From Octopus sinensis (Eukaryota), in the NCBI RefSeq assembly GCF_006345805.1, contig NW_021835279.1, forward strand, positions 1 to 43,183: a stretch of DNA of 43,183 bases, in the 5' to 3' direction. A program made the position numbers and the translations under genes. Shown piece by piece: positions 8,770 through 20,439 of this stretch. The notes beneath the pieces were generated by a model. It saw nothing but the letters and a program-made list of their open reading frames with translations, did not search any database and had not been told where the DNA came from. Each line of letters begins with the position of its first letter. Positions within the stretch are counted from its first letter, which is position 1.

Positions 8770-11585
8770 ATACTTTATTTATCGACTTCGGAACGATAAA
8801 ATGTAAAGTTTACTAAGGTAATTTTGAGATTCGAACTCAGATCACACGAAGCACTTTCTGTCCAATACTCTCACGCGATCTACCTAACCGTCTCATTTTA
8901 AAATACCCTACTATGACACACATTCTTTTATTGTTCTTTTATACTACGCTATCAATTTCGAAAGGGACTTAATAGTTGTCAGAGAAAATCTTTTAAACGA
9001 ATACTTTATTTATCGAACTCGGCACGATAAAAATGCACAGCTTGCTGAGGAAAGTTTGGGATTCGAACTCAGATTGTACGAAGCGCTTTGTGTCCGACTC
9101 TCTAACATCTCTGCCAAATCGTCTCATTTTATATCGCTCTACTCAGACACACATTCTTTTATTATTCTTCAGTATTATGCTATTGATTTCGTATGGGATT
9201 TAGTGGTTGGCAAAGAAAATCTTTGGATCTTTTCAATTCTGAAGCCAGTTTTTTCAAATTTTTCCTACTGAACCAAACAATTTGAAACTTCGTATACTGG
9301 TAGAATGTGTCAAAAGTAAACTTAATTGTAAACCAGAATGAAAACGGAATTGTAACTTCTAAGTTTAACGTTGTTTAATAATTAGAATTTTAACCAATGA
9401 TATTCCGTCATTCGGCTTTATTTTATTTACTCCGTCTCGACCACCAATTTGGTGACGTATTAAACATCTTAAATGTAAACAAGCCGCATGTCTCCGTGAA
9501 ATCTCCTTCTAATTATTTAACGTACTCATGTTTCCAGGATCCTATTCAGCCACCTTCTAATAACAATATTTAAAACTAGTTAATAAGCCACATGTATTAA
9601 ATTGAAAATGTTTCCATTCTGTTAGTACTTGCTTTCGTTTGCTATTAAGAAGTGGCATCTCAGTGACGAGGCTTCTAACAAGATTTCGTTTCTAAGCTAA
9701 TGCGTTTCATTTCACTTATTGTATTTATTTGTGCAAAAGGCAAGAAATTTAATATTAAAAAAGCAAAGAGCTGGCAGAAACGTTAGCACGCCGGGCGAAA
9801 TGCGTAGCCGTATTTCGTCTGCCGTTACGTTCTGTTTTGTTTACAGTTTTCCGAACGTTAGTACGTCACAAAAGCGCTTTCTACGTCACACTAATAGAAT
9901 GCAGTCAAGTTTTACACATGAAAACAAACAATCTGATTGGTTAAAATTCGCAGTTTTAATCTACGATTAAAGTCATAAAATAGATTTTTCTCAAATAAAC
10001 TAGTTCCAACCTGTGTCTTGTTTTGCTAGACTCTATCAGCATACGAAGTTTCAGAATATTTAGTTAAGTAGAAAGATCTGTGGTCCTGGCTTCAGAATTG
10101 AAAAGATCCAAATCTTTTAAATGAATACTTTATTTATTGACCTCGGCACGATAAAAATGCAAAGCTTGCTGAGGTAAGTTTGAGATTCGAACTCAGATTG
10201 TACGAGGCGCTTTGTGTCCGACTCTCTAACATCTCTGCCAAACCGTCTCATTTTAAATCGCTCTACTCGAGATTCGAACTCAGATTGTACGAAGCGCTTT
10301 CTGTCCGACTCTCTAACATCTCTGCCAAACCGTCTCATTTTAAATCGCTCTACCCGAGATTCGAACTCAGATTGTACGAAGCGCTTTCTGTCCGACTCTC
10401 TAACATCTCTGCCAAACCGTCTCATTTTAAATCGCCCTACTCGAGATTCGAACTCAGTTTGTACGAAGCGCTTTCTCTCCGACTCTCTAACATCTCTGCC
10501 AAACCGTCTCATTTTAAATCGCTCTACTCGAGATTCGAACTCAGATTGTACGAAGCACTTTCTGTCCAACACTCTAACGCGATCTACCGAACCGTCTCAT
10601 TTTAAAGCACCTTACTATGACACACATTCTTTTAATATTCTTTTATACTTTGCTATCAATTTCGTAACAGTTGTCAGAGAAAATCTTTTAAATAAATACT
10701 TTATTTATCGACCTCAGATTGTACGAAGCGCTTTCTGTCCGACTCTCTAACATCTCTGCCAAACCGTCTCATTTTAAATCGCTCTACTCGTGATTCGAAC
10801 TCATTGTACGAAGCGCTTTCTGTCCGACTCTCTAACGTCTCTGCCAAACCGTCTCATTTTAAATCGCTCTACTCGAGATTCGAACTCAGATTGTACGAAG
10901 CGCTTTCTGTCCGACTCTCTAACGTCTCTGCCAAACCGTCTCATTTTAAATCGCTCTACTCGAGATTCGAACTCAGATTGTACGAAGCGCTTTCTGTCCG
11001 ACTCTCTAACGTCTCTGCCAAACCGTCTCATTTTAAATCGCTCTACTCGTGATTCGAACTCAGATTGTACGAAGCGCTTTCTCTCCGACTCTCTAGCATC
11101 TCTGCCAAACCGGCTCATTTTAAATCGCTCTACGCGAGATTCGAACTCAGATTGTACGAAGCGCTTTCTGCCCGACTCTCCAACGTCTCTGCCAAACCGT
11201 CTCATTTTAAATCGCTCTACGCGAGATTCGAACTCAGATTGTACGAAGCGCTTTCTGCCCGACTCTCCAACGTCTCTGCCAAACCGTCTCATTTTAAATC
11301 GCTCTACTCGAGATTCGAACTCAGATTCTACGAAGCGCTTTCTGTCCGATTCCTTAACGTCTCTGCCAAACCGTCTCATTTTAAATCGCTCTACTCGAGA
11401 TTCGAACTCAGATTGTACGAAGCGCTTTCTGTCCGACTCCTTAACGTCTCTGCCAAACCGTCTCTTTTTAAATCGCTCTACTCAGACGTACATTCTTTTA
11501 TTATTCTTCTGTATTATGTTATTGATTTCGTATGGGATTTAGTGGTTGGCAGAGAAAATCTTTTAAATAAATACTTTATTTATAC
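8770..11585 (-). repeat. SINE-derived compound tandem array: ~230-bp higher-order units with an expanded 87-bp subunit (~14 copies, 10182-11484)
   Basis: Unit GAGATTCGAACTCAGATTGTACGAAGCGCTTTCTGTCCGACTCTCTAACATCTCTGCCAAACCGTCTCATTTTAAATCGCTCTACTC starts at 10182, 10269, 10356, 10443, 10530, then ~10711 (partial), 10790, 10875 ... 11397. Single related copies lie at ~8826 and ~9058. Confidence 0.95.
9225..10109. mobile_element. Non-autonomous DNA transposon with 24-bp TIRs and 8-bp TSD (Merlin-like termini)
   Basis: GGATCTTTTCAATTCTGAAGCCAG ... CTGGCTTCAGAATTGAAAAGATCC. TSD AAATCTTT at 9217-9224 and 10110-10117. Contains a SINE A head fragment at ~9768-9834. Confidence 0.9.
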
Positions 11586-12044
11586 ACTTGGTTGGCTTTC
11601 TCAAGAAGTTAGTTTTGAAGTGCGTGCTGGTTTCGGCAGCTGTTTCTTATTGGTAATGGTGTTGGCGGCGGAGACTACGGCGGTGGTGGTGGTGGTGGTG
11701 GTGATGAACAGCAATCGGACAGGGTTTGTGAGTGGAAGTTCGGTAAGAAGGACTGGCTTGTGTGGAGTGACAAACAGACTTTTAGAGGAATGCACGCAGC
11801 ACCGAAAGAGGTAAAAGAAAGCAGAGAATCGCTTTTATTTATTGAGTTATTATTACATTTATGTTGGCTGTTACTGTTCGATTGTGCTAGTGTGTTAAGA
11901 CAGATTTAGTTAAGGGGTCTCAAAGAAATGATTATCCGGACATATTTTCGCTGACGAAAGCTGTAATGGTAATCCATCTTGCTATTTTGTTTTTTTTATT
12001 TCTATATTTACTTTTAGATTATTTACTTTTACCCCCTTTTTTAA

Positions 12045-12083
<39 letters not shown>

Positions 12084-12666
12084 CGTTGTTATTGTTGTTG
12101 TTCGTCTTTATTTTCCTTTTACCTAATCTGTGATTCATAACATTGTTATGTTATCATTGAATAAAGTCGTATTTGCGTGTGAAGCAAGGATGGTTGTGTT
12201 GATGGTGGAATATGTTGTAGAGGAGACAGATTTATTTTACCACATTCTGTTTTAGCTTTTTGTTGGGAGCTGGGGCTGGTAGTTCTGCTGCTGGTGATGG
12301 TGGTAGAATATAAACTAATCCGAACCATAAGATAAGACGGCACGTAAATAACACACCGAATTCTCCCACTTGTCTAATATATTAAATAACTTATCTCCGG
12401 TCTGTTTAGGGTTAAACGAGCACAGACAGAAAAATATCTTCTACTTGTTATAATAGTTTCTCACATTAATGTAGGGATGTAATTTTGAAGGATGATACCT
12501 AACGACGGGGCGGTATACCTGGGATGCCTGCAAGAAATAGCAGTCAAATTTCTCGCATAACACACAGAATATTGGTTTTAATATCCAAACGATGTACATA
12601 ATGAAATATTGGTTTCAAACTTTTTCACAAGGCAAGTAAGTGCGTTGGAGAGAGGACGAGACATGT

Positions 12667-12958
12667 GGAGACACATGGCCTAGTGGTTAGAGCAGCGAAC
12701 TCGCGGTCGAGGAATCGCGGGTTCGAATCTCAAACTGGGCGATGTGTGTGTTTATGAGCGATACACCTAAGCTCCACGTGGCTCCGGCAGAAGGTAATGG
12801 CGAAACTTCTGCTGACTCTTTCGCCACAACTTTCTCTCACTCTTTCCTCCTGCATCTTGCAGCTCACCTGCGATGGACCGGCGTCCAGGTGGGGAACCTA
12901 TACGCCAAGGAAACCGGGAAACTGGCCCTTATGAGCCAGGCATGGCTTGAGAAGGAAC
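12667..12958 (+). mobile_element. SINE family B, tail type 2
   Basis: A-box TGGCCTAGTGG, B-box GGTTCGAATC. Tail GCAGCTCACCTGCG...GAGAAGGAAC is shared with the copy at 17932. Confidence 0.88.
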
Positions 12959-12984
12959 ACACACACATCCCGGGGCTCGAGAGC

Positions 12985-13365
12985 TACTTATTTCATGGAC
13001 TCCGAAAGGAATGAAAGACACTCTTGGCAGAATTTGAACTCAGGAAGTAAGGGCGGACGAAATGCCGCTAAGCATTTTGTCCGGCGAGCTATGAATTCTG
13101 CCAACTCGCCACTCTCATATCTTTCGGCTGAATTTGAACACAAAACGTAAGGTCAGACAAAATGCCGCTAAGCGTTTTGCTTGCTGAACTAGAAATTCTG
13201 TCAGATCGTCGCCTTCTCTTGGCGACCATCATCCAAATACACTCGCAAAGGTTTGGTCGGCCCCAGGGTGTGACAAAAGATAATTACCCGAAGTGCCATG
13301 CGCTGGTTCCTGAACCTAAAACCACATGATGCTGAAGCAAGATTCCTAACCGCACAGCCAGCCCT
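12985..13365 (-). mobile_element. Degenerate SINE A heads (two) and a SINE C head
   Basis: GAATTTGAAC..GAC(G/A)AAATGCCGCTAAGC occurs twice, followed by CAAAGGTTTGGTCGGCCC...CAGCC. Confidence 0.65.
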
Positions 13366-13487
13366 GTATGTAAGGGTGGAGAACATCCCATTGCCACTAA
13401 CTGACGTATTTAAAATGTGAATGTGTATGCATCTGTGTGCATGTATGTGTGTATTCATGTATAGATGCGTGTTGACATGTATATATG

Positions 13488-13557
<70 letters not shown>

Positions 13558-13589
13558 TATGTATGTATTTCTTTTATTCTTTTATACTT

Positions 13590-13769
13590 TTATTTGTTTC
13601 AATTATTTGACTGCGGCCATGCTGGAGCACCGCTTTAGTCGAAAGAATTGACTCAAGGACTTATTCTTTGTAATGCTATCGGTCTCTTTGGCCGAACAGC
13701 TAAGTTACGGGCCCTAAACACACTAACATCTGTTGTCAAGTAATGGTGGGGACAAACACAAACATATAC

Positions 13770-13829
<60 letters not shown>

Positions 13830-13989
13830 GATGTGCTTCTTTCAGTTTCCGTCTACCAAATCCACTCACAAGGCTTTGGTCGGCCCGAGGCTATAACAGA
13901 AGACACCTGCACAAAGGGGTCACGCAGTGGAACTCAACCCGGAACCATCTGGTTGGTAAACAAGCTCCTTACCAGAGAACCACTCCTGT
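13590..13989 (-). mobile_element. SINE family C (tRNA head, CORE-like segment, internal TA microsatellite, stem-loop tail)
   Basis: Reverse complement of the 29323-29700 copy. Confidence 0.85.
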
Positions 13990-13997
13990 ATTATATA

Positions 13998-14037
<40 letters not shown>

Positions 14038-14187
14038 CATACATACATATATATATACATATACACACATACATACATACATATATATATACATACACAC
14101 ATACATACATAATATATATATATATACACACATACATACATACATACATACATACATACATACTATATATATATATACATACACACA

Positions 14188-14225
<38 letters not shown>

Positions 14226-14420
14226 ATATATATAATATATTATATATATATATATATTATATATATATATATATATATATTTGTGCGTATGTTTATATTC
14301 ATGTATGTGTGAAACCATTTATACATGCATGCATAAATGTAAATATGCATGTCTATATGCATATACATCTTATATATTTATGTATGCACGCTCGTATGCA
14401 TGTATGTGCATATATAGTAT
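13990..14420. repeat. (TA)n/(TACA)n microsatellite
   Basis: Direct reading. Confidence 0.95.
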
Positions 14421-14729
14421 TGTGCGTACATAGCTACGTGCGTTTCCGTGTTTTGCGATTGGGAATTTATATACACAGACTGGAGACTTCGATAGGATTT
14501 TCGAACACACTATTTAAAGGATGTGGAGAAGGGTGGTAGGGGAAGGGGGATTTGGGGAAGAGGGGGTGACAGGAAAAAGGAGAAGGAAGAGTTGGAGGAC
14601 GGCAGAAAGAGGGAGAGAAGTGGAAGAAGAAAAATGTTGGCGTGTGTGTGTGTGTTTGTGGCGGGGATAGATGGTATGGGGTGGAGATTCGCGAAAAAGT
14701 TTTCACATAATTGATTCGTAGAAGAATGA

Positions 14730-15053
14730 CGAGCGAAGATGAGTATGATGATGATGATGTTGATGATGACGATGATGATCGTGACGATGATTACGATGAA
14801 AATGATAAAGAAAAAGCAAAAGAAGATAAAGGAAAAAAAGATGAACAAGATGAAGTAGAGGAAAGAGTTGAAGAAAACGATTAAGAATATACAGAGAAAA
14901 AAGAAGGGGAGGAGGAAAAAGAAGAGGGGGAGGTAAAGAAGTAGTAGTAGTAGAAGGAGTATTATCGTGGGTGGTGGTCATCGTTGTAGTAGTAGGTGGA
15001 GGGGAAGGAGCATTGTCGGCGGTGGTAGTTGTAGTAGTAGTAGTAGTAGTAAC

Positions 15054-15102
<49 letters not shown>

Positions 15103-15128
15103 ACAGCAGTAGTAGTAGTAGTAGTAGA
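14730..15128. repeat. (GAT)n, purine-rich tract and (GTA)n microsatellites
   Basis: Direct reading. Confidence 0.9.
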
Positions 15129-15619
15129 AACCGAAGAATGTATTTCGGTTATCAAACAGTAATCCTTTACTAATCTGGTTTCAGACTTGAATGTCACGCT
15201 ATCCATCAGTAACAATCCATTGCGTACAGTCATTTGTCGTAATGCTCGGATCTGAAGCGAAATGAGAACATGACCAACCATGCTGTTTGACATTTTTAGA
15301 TTTCAGTTCAGAGTGGTACCATCCCAGGGGTATATTAACGGTAGGATACTGGGTTTTTAGCGACGAGGAATAGCTGTGTGCTTAAGAGGCTTGTTCCACA
15401 ATCATTCGGTTGTGTGTTCGATCCTACAGCGTTGCTCATTTTGCATTTGTATTTCTGTCATGGTCATCCATTAATTAAGACCTTACGAGTAGAAACCGGT
15501 AGAAGGATTATGATGTAACCATCCAGCATACATACATACAAATGTACATACATACATACATACATACATACATACATACATACATACATACATACATACA
15601 TACATACATACATACATAG

Positions 15620-15832
15620 TTAATCCAAACATGAAAACACAAAGAGAAAACACAACAACGCGAGGACGTGGAACAAGTATAGTATTATTGGACACTCAGG
15701 AAGGAAGAGAAGAAGGAGGGTTTAACGTTTCGAGCGGAGCTCTTCGTCAGAAACATAGGAAAAGGAAAGATCCAAAAAGGGGAAGACGGAGGGAAAAAAT
15801 CGCCAACGGTACACACGCGGTCACGTTTTGAA
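15620..15832 (-). mobile_element. Penelope-like terminal repeat fragment inserted in (CATA)n
   Basis: Carries a minimal hammerhead motif. Pyrimidine-rich on the minus strand and bounded by CATA repeats. Confidence 0.65.
15720..15754 (-). ncRNA. Minimal type I hammerhead ribozyme
   Basis: Minus strand GTTT-CTGACGA-A-GAGC-TCC-GCTC-GAAAC-GTT-AAAC. Stem I GTTT/AAAC, stem II GAGC/GCTC, palindromic loopless stem III (AACGTT). Confidence 0.85.
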
Positions 15833-15869
15833 CGCATACATACATATATACATACATGAAAATAGCAAT

Positions 15870-16175
15870 GGTACTCCGTCGGTTACGAGGGTTCCAGATG
15901 ATCCAATCAATGGAACAGCCTGCTCAGAAAATTAAAATGCAAGTGACAGAGAACTCGACAGACACGCGTATGGTTAACGGAGTTGTTAGGGAAATTCAAT
16001 GAGATACAGAATGTGAAAAGGCCTACCCTTTGAAATACAGGTATTGCTAATTTTTGCCAGATGAGTGGACTGGAGCAACGTGGAATAAAGTGTTATACTC
16101 AAGGATAGAACGCGCTGTTAGTATTCTAACTCTCAATCTTACGATTGTTAGCCGCTTACCTTAACCACGTGCCTT
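15870..16175 (-). mobile_element. Diverged SINE with a family B type 3 tail
   Basis: ACTCCGTCGGTTACGA..GGAACAGCCTGCTC..CCCTTTGAAATACAGGTA matches 26501-26765. Confidence 0.75.
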
Positions 16176-16191
16176 CACAGACATACATGCA

Positions 16192-16520
16192 GTGTCATCA
16201 CGGTATTATCTACCGATGAGATATGATATTGTAGCTAGGACACTCTATAATGAAATCCGTCGGAAGGATAATCCCGACGACAAAGAAACAAGAACCCACA
16301 ATATGGTAGAAGCCATAGCCACTCATAATAAAAAGGAGTACTTGTGGAGTGTCCTAGTGAAGACCTCAATAAAATGTAAGCACAACAGACCTGATGTAAT
16401 GATTTGGAATAGAGAAGAGAAACTGTGCACAGTTGTGGAAATTAGCTGCCCAGCAGATGTTAACATAAATTTGAAGATCAGTGAAAAAGAGAACACCTAT
16501 GCTGAACTATTGAGAAATCT
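16192..16520 (+). mobile_element. Restriction-like endonuclease fragment of an R4/Dong-type retrotransposon
   Basis: YLPMRYDIVARTLY (RHD-type motif)...HNRPDVMIW...VVEISCPAD...EKENTYAEL (PD..E..K..Y motifs). Cut off by a SINE A tail at 16521-16570. Confidence 0.88.
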
Positions 16521-17370
16521 TGTTTGTCCTCTCTGTGTTTAGCTCATTGTGGGTAGTAAAGAAATAGGTAGATAGATACATGCATACATAGACTGATTGA
16601 TACATACACACATAGATATATAAGTGTGTATGTGTGTGTGTTTGTAAAAGTGTTTCAGTCAAAAGTTTAAATGTAAAACTGCAAGGTAAAATTTTGTAGA
16701 AAGTTTAATATTTATTTATAAACGTTTCATGATATATGAATAACGAGATAGGAATTATGAGTTATGAATTATGATATATAAATCATGATATATAATTTAA
16801 TAAATTTCGGCTTCTCTTTGACATTGAACATATTACCAGCTTCGACAATTTTGTGTAAATTTATGGAAATGTCAACCGTAAAAACGGGTTCAAGTTGTTG
16901 ATTTACGGTATAGTGACTCTCGCACCGAAAGATATCAATTCAGTTACATGTATCTGCTGGTTCTGTCCGGAGAGCTTTGTATTGATTTCAGGAGACAAGT
17001 GGAAATAAATCATTTGGTAGATCAGCCAGATATGGTGCCAGAACTCTGCAAACTGATCTCATGATTCATTTGTCTTTGTATTGAATCGCCATTTTACATC
17101 TAGCAGTGACATCGGATGACATTTCTTAGTTAGTAACAGTGAAATACAGCACGGAATCAACGAGATGTCGATGCCAGAAACACTTCAATGTCGTGAAAAT
17201 TCGTTAGGAAAACACGAACTTTTCGTTGAATAAAACGTTATCTGATATTGTTTGTAATTTGTAGGAATCGTGGAAATTGGAGTAAGGAGGCGGGACGTAA
17301 TGAAGTGTCTCTTCTATTTCTAGCGCTCAGATATACCGCATGGATGCCATTCAGTGTTTTACATTTAATA

Positions 17371-17789
17371 ATTATTTCTTTACTCGCCGCAAGGGGATAA
17401 ACACAGAGAGGACCAAACAAGGACAGACAAACGGATTAAGTCGATTATATCGACCCCAGTGCGTAACTGGTACTTATTTAATCGACCCCGAAAGGAAGAA
17501 AGGCAAAGTCGACCTCGGTGGAATTTGAACTCAGAACGTAAAGACAGACGACATAGCTATTTCTTTACTACCCACAAGGGGATAAACACAGAGAGGACCA
17601 AACAAGGACAGACAAACGGATTAAGTTGATTATATCGACCCCAGTGCGTAACTGGTACCTATTTAATCGACCCCGAAAGGATGAAAGGCAAAGTCGACCT
17701 CGGCGGAATTTGAACTCAGAACGTAACCGCAGACTAAATACCACTAAGCATTTCGGCCGGCGTGCTAACGTTTCTACCAGCTCGCCGCC
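17371..17789 (-). mobile_element. SINE family A, dimeric body
   Basis: Same structure as 5986-6401. TSD TGTTTT(T)ACATTTAATA at 17355-17370 and 17790-17806. Confidence 0.9.
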
Positions 17790-17931
17790 TGTTTTTACAT
17801 TTAATACTGTTTGCCTTCTTCCCTAATCCAAGATGAGGAACGGTACCAGAGATTATGTTTGCAAGAATTAATTCATTGTGTAGTATAGTTTATCCATTAT
17901 AATATGCAACGATTTCTGCAAGGGAAGTGCT

Positions 17932-18224
17932 AGTGGAGGCACTTGGCCCAGTGGTTAGAGCAGCGGACTCGCGGTCGAGGGATCACGGGTTCAAATCACA
18001 GACCGGGCGATATGTGTGTTATGACCGAAACATCTAAGCTCAGGCAGAAGGTATGACGAACTTCTGCTGACTCTTTCGCCACAACTTTGTCACTCTTTCC
18101 TCCTGCATCTTGCAGCTCACCTGCGACGGACCGGCGTCCCGTCCAGGAGAGGAACCTATACGCCAAGGAAACCGGGAAACCGGCCCTTATGAGCCAGGCG
18201 TGGCTCGAGAAGGAAAAAAAGAAA
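17932..18224 (+). mobile_element. SINE family B, tail type 2
   Basis: A and B boxes, A-rich tail, 12-bp TSD AAGGGAAGTGCT at 17920-17931 and 18225-18236. Confidence 0.9.
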
Positions 18225-18262
18225 AAGGGAAGTGCTGGTGTACGAATAATATATCGAGATAG

Positions 18263-18500
18263 GTGCAGGCGTAGCTTCACAATCACATGATTCCAGGCTC
18301 AGCCATACCGCGTGACACATTGGCCAAATGTCTTCTACTATAATCTCGGATCGACCAAAACTCAGTGAGTAGATTTGATAGATGGAAACTGAAAGAAACC
18401 TGGTACATATTCTATCAGTTCTTTTCTGAAGCAGCTAAGTTACCGGGACGTAAAGAAACCGATACCGGTTTTCAAGCAATGGTGGGAGACAAATACATAT
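18263..18500. mobile_element. SINE C fragments (head on +, tail on -)
   Basis: Matches to 29323-29460 and 13690-13760. Confidence 0.65.
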
Positions 18501-18602
18501 AATCACACACAGATACACACACGCGCGCACAAAAACATATATACATATGTATATATATATGAATAAATGAAAGGAACGAAGATGATAACAAAATTCCTTT
18601 AC

Positions 18603-18682
18603 TCTCGACATATGGTTCGAAGACAACATGGTTTCATTCCAAAGGAATAAAGGGTGCATTATGCAATCTTCTCATCAGGAAA
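18603..18682 (-). ncRNA. Hammerhead ribozyme homologous to 31670-31754, one core substitution
   Basis: Minus strand TTTC-CTGATGA-GAAGA...TCTTC-GAACC-ATAT-GTC-GAGA. Confidence 0.72.
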
Positions 18683-18755
18683 GAAAGGTAGCCTCTCTCG
18701 ACAACAAGACAAACAAAAATTTCGATGACTGCCTACATGATAAACAAAACGATAA

Positions 18756-18788
18756 ATATGTATATATATATATATATGTATATATATG

Positions 18789-18819
<31 letters not shown>

Positions 18820-18866
18820 GTATATATATATATATGTATATATGTATATATATATATGTATATATG

Positions 18867-18897
<31 letters not shown>

Positions 18898-19052
18898 GTA
18901 TATATGTATATGTATGTATTATATATATATATGCATATATGTATATATATGTATATATATGTGTATATATATGTATATATATGGGTATATATATATGTAT
19001 ATATATGGGTATATATATATGTATTATATGTGTATATATATATATGTATATG

Positions 19053-19087
<35 letters not shown>

Positions 19088-19233
19088 GCATATATATGTA
19101 TATATATGTATATGTGTATATATATATATGTATATTATATATGTACGTGTATATATATATATATACGTATATATATATATATATATATGTTGTATGTATA
19201 TATATATATATATTATATATATATATATATATA
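18756..19233. repeat. (TA)n/(TATG)n microsatellite
   Basis: Direct reading. Confidence 0.97.
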
Positions 19234-19452
19234 ATGTGAAAGTTTACGAAAATAACCAAAAGACGAAGGCAGGTGGAGTACAAACGAACAAATGTATTAG
19301 TATATATGTATATAAGTTCAGTAAAAATTTAGATTCAGATGAATATGGTACTTAAGTTAAAGGCACCAGTATTTGGTATGGTATTATCCATATAAATCAA
19401 ATAGGATGATTACAATCAGAATAAGCAACAAGGATATCCAAAGGTAGTGTAG

Positions 19453-19535
19453 TACAATCGTTTCATGCTACTTTATTTTATTAAACACTTTAAGCATTAC
19501 ATCAGTTTTAAAATGTAGAGCAATCTTCAGCTGCA
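19453..19535 (-). ncRNA. Degenerate hammerhead motif in a probable Penelope-like repeat (~19310-19560)
   Basis: Minus strand TGCAG-CTGAAGA-TTGCTCTAC...GTAGCAT-GAAAC-GA-TTGTA. The cleavage triplet is not canonical. Confidence 0.5.
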
Positions 19536-20399
19536 TATGGAATTTTTTTTAGTTAAATTGACAAGAAGCATTTTTATACTTATTCCATTTATCAACATCA
19601 CAAAGAGGGTAAGTAGATAGACAGAGAGGCAAATCTCATCATCAGAAACATGGTAGTAAATGATATTTACTAATGGATACATTTCATATCACTGAATTTA
19701 ATTATCACAGATTCATATCCACACTGCTGCATCTGATTAGTTATCTCACCTTCAGTTAAAACCAAATCGGCGTTCGGTATATATTCGATCTCGAAACCTT
19801 GCTCTTCTCTCCCACTCATACATTACTGAACTTTTCTTAACATCTGTTTCAGTTGTAGTTTATCCCTCAAAGCATTTCGTCTTTTCATTGCACCGTTGGA
19901 ATCGAACCTGAATCGATTCCAACGATTCCACCTGAATCGAACCATCAGATACTGATGAAGTATGAAATGAGAACCTGAACGGCCGTAAATAAGCTCTGAA
20001 ACGTTTATAAACGACCATCGCATTTTACCGTCTGTGCTACACATCGTATGTTTAGTGACAGAAATGTTGACTGTTCGTCTAGACTAAAGAAATTTATATG
20101 TTTCATGTTGGAGTTAAATAGCTACCTAACTCGATAATCAAACTACAGAGATATATATCTAATTCTGTGTGTATGCGTGTTTGTGTGTGTGGGAGGTGAG
20201 TATTTTAGTGGAGAAAAATTGTGGAGTATGACAGTTTCAACTGTTTGTGATTGAGCTGTGTCTCTTAATGATATCTTAATTTTTGAATACGTACACTACA
20301 CGATCTCATACACACTTGCAAAGACGCACAAACACACCGAAAGACGCATGCAGATACATACAAAAATTCCGTCCGTATCATTTTAAAGACATATGCTTT

Positions 20400-20401
<2 letters not shown>

Positions 20402-20439
<38 letters not shown>

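Noticed and set aside
10117-11814. 29-aa repeat ORFs; CRISPR-like appearance of the array
   Set aside because: The 87-bp unit is a multiple of 3 and open in three frames. Units abut with no unique spacers, no cas genes are present, and the context is eukaryotic.
19620-19975. CTGATGA matches at ~19637-19643 (-) and ~19952 (+); also CTGACGA at ~11951 and CTGAGAA at ~26415
   Set aside because: No correctly placed stem II plus GAAA and cleavage site, so not counted as hammerheads.
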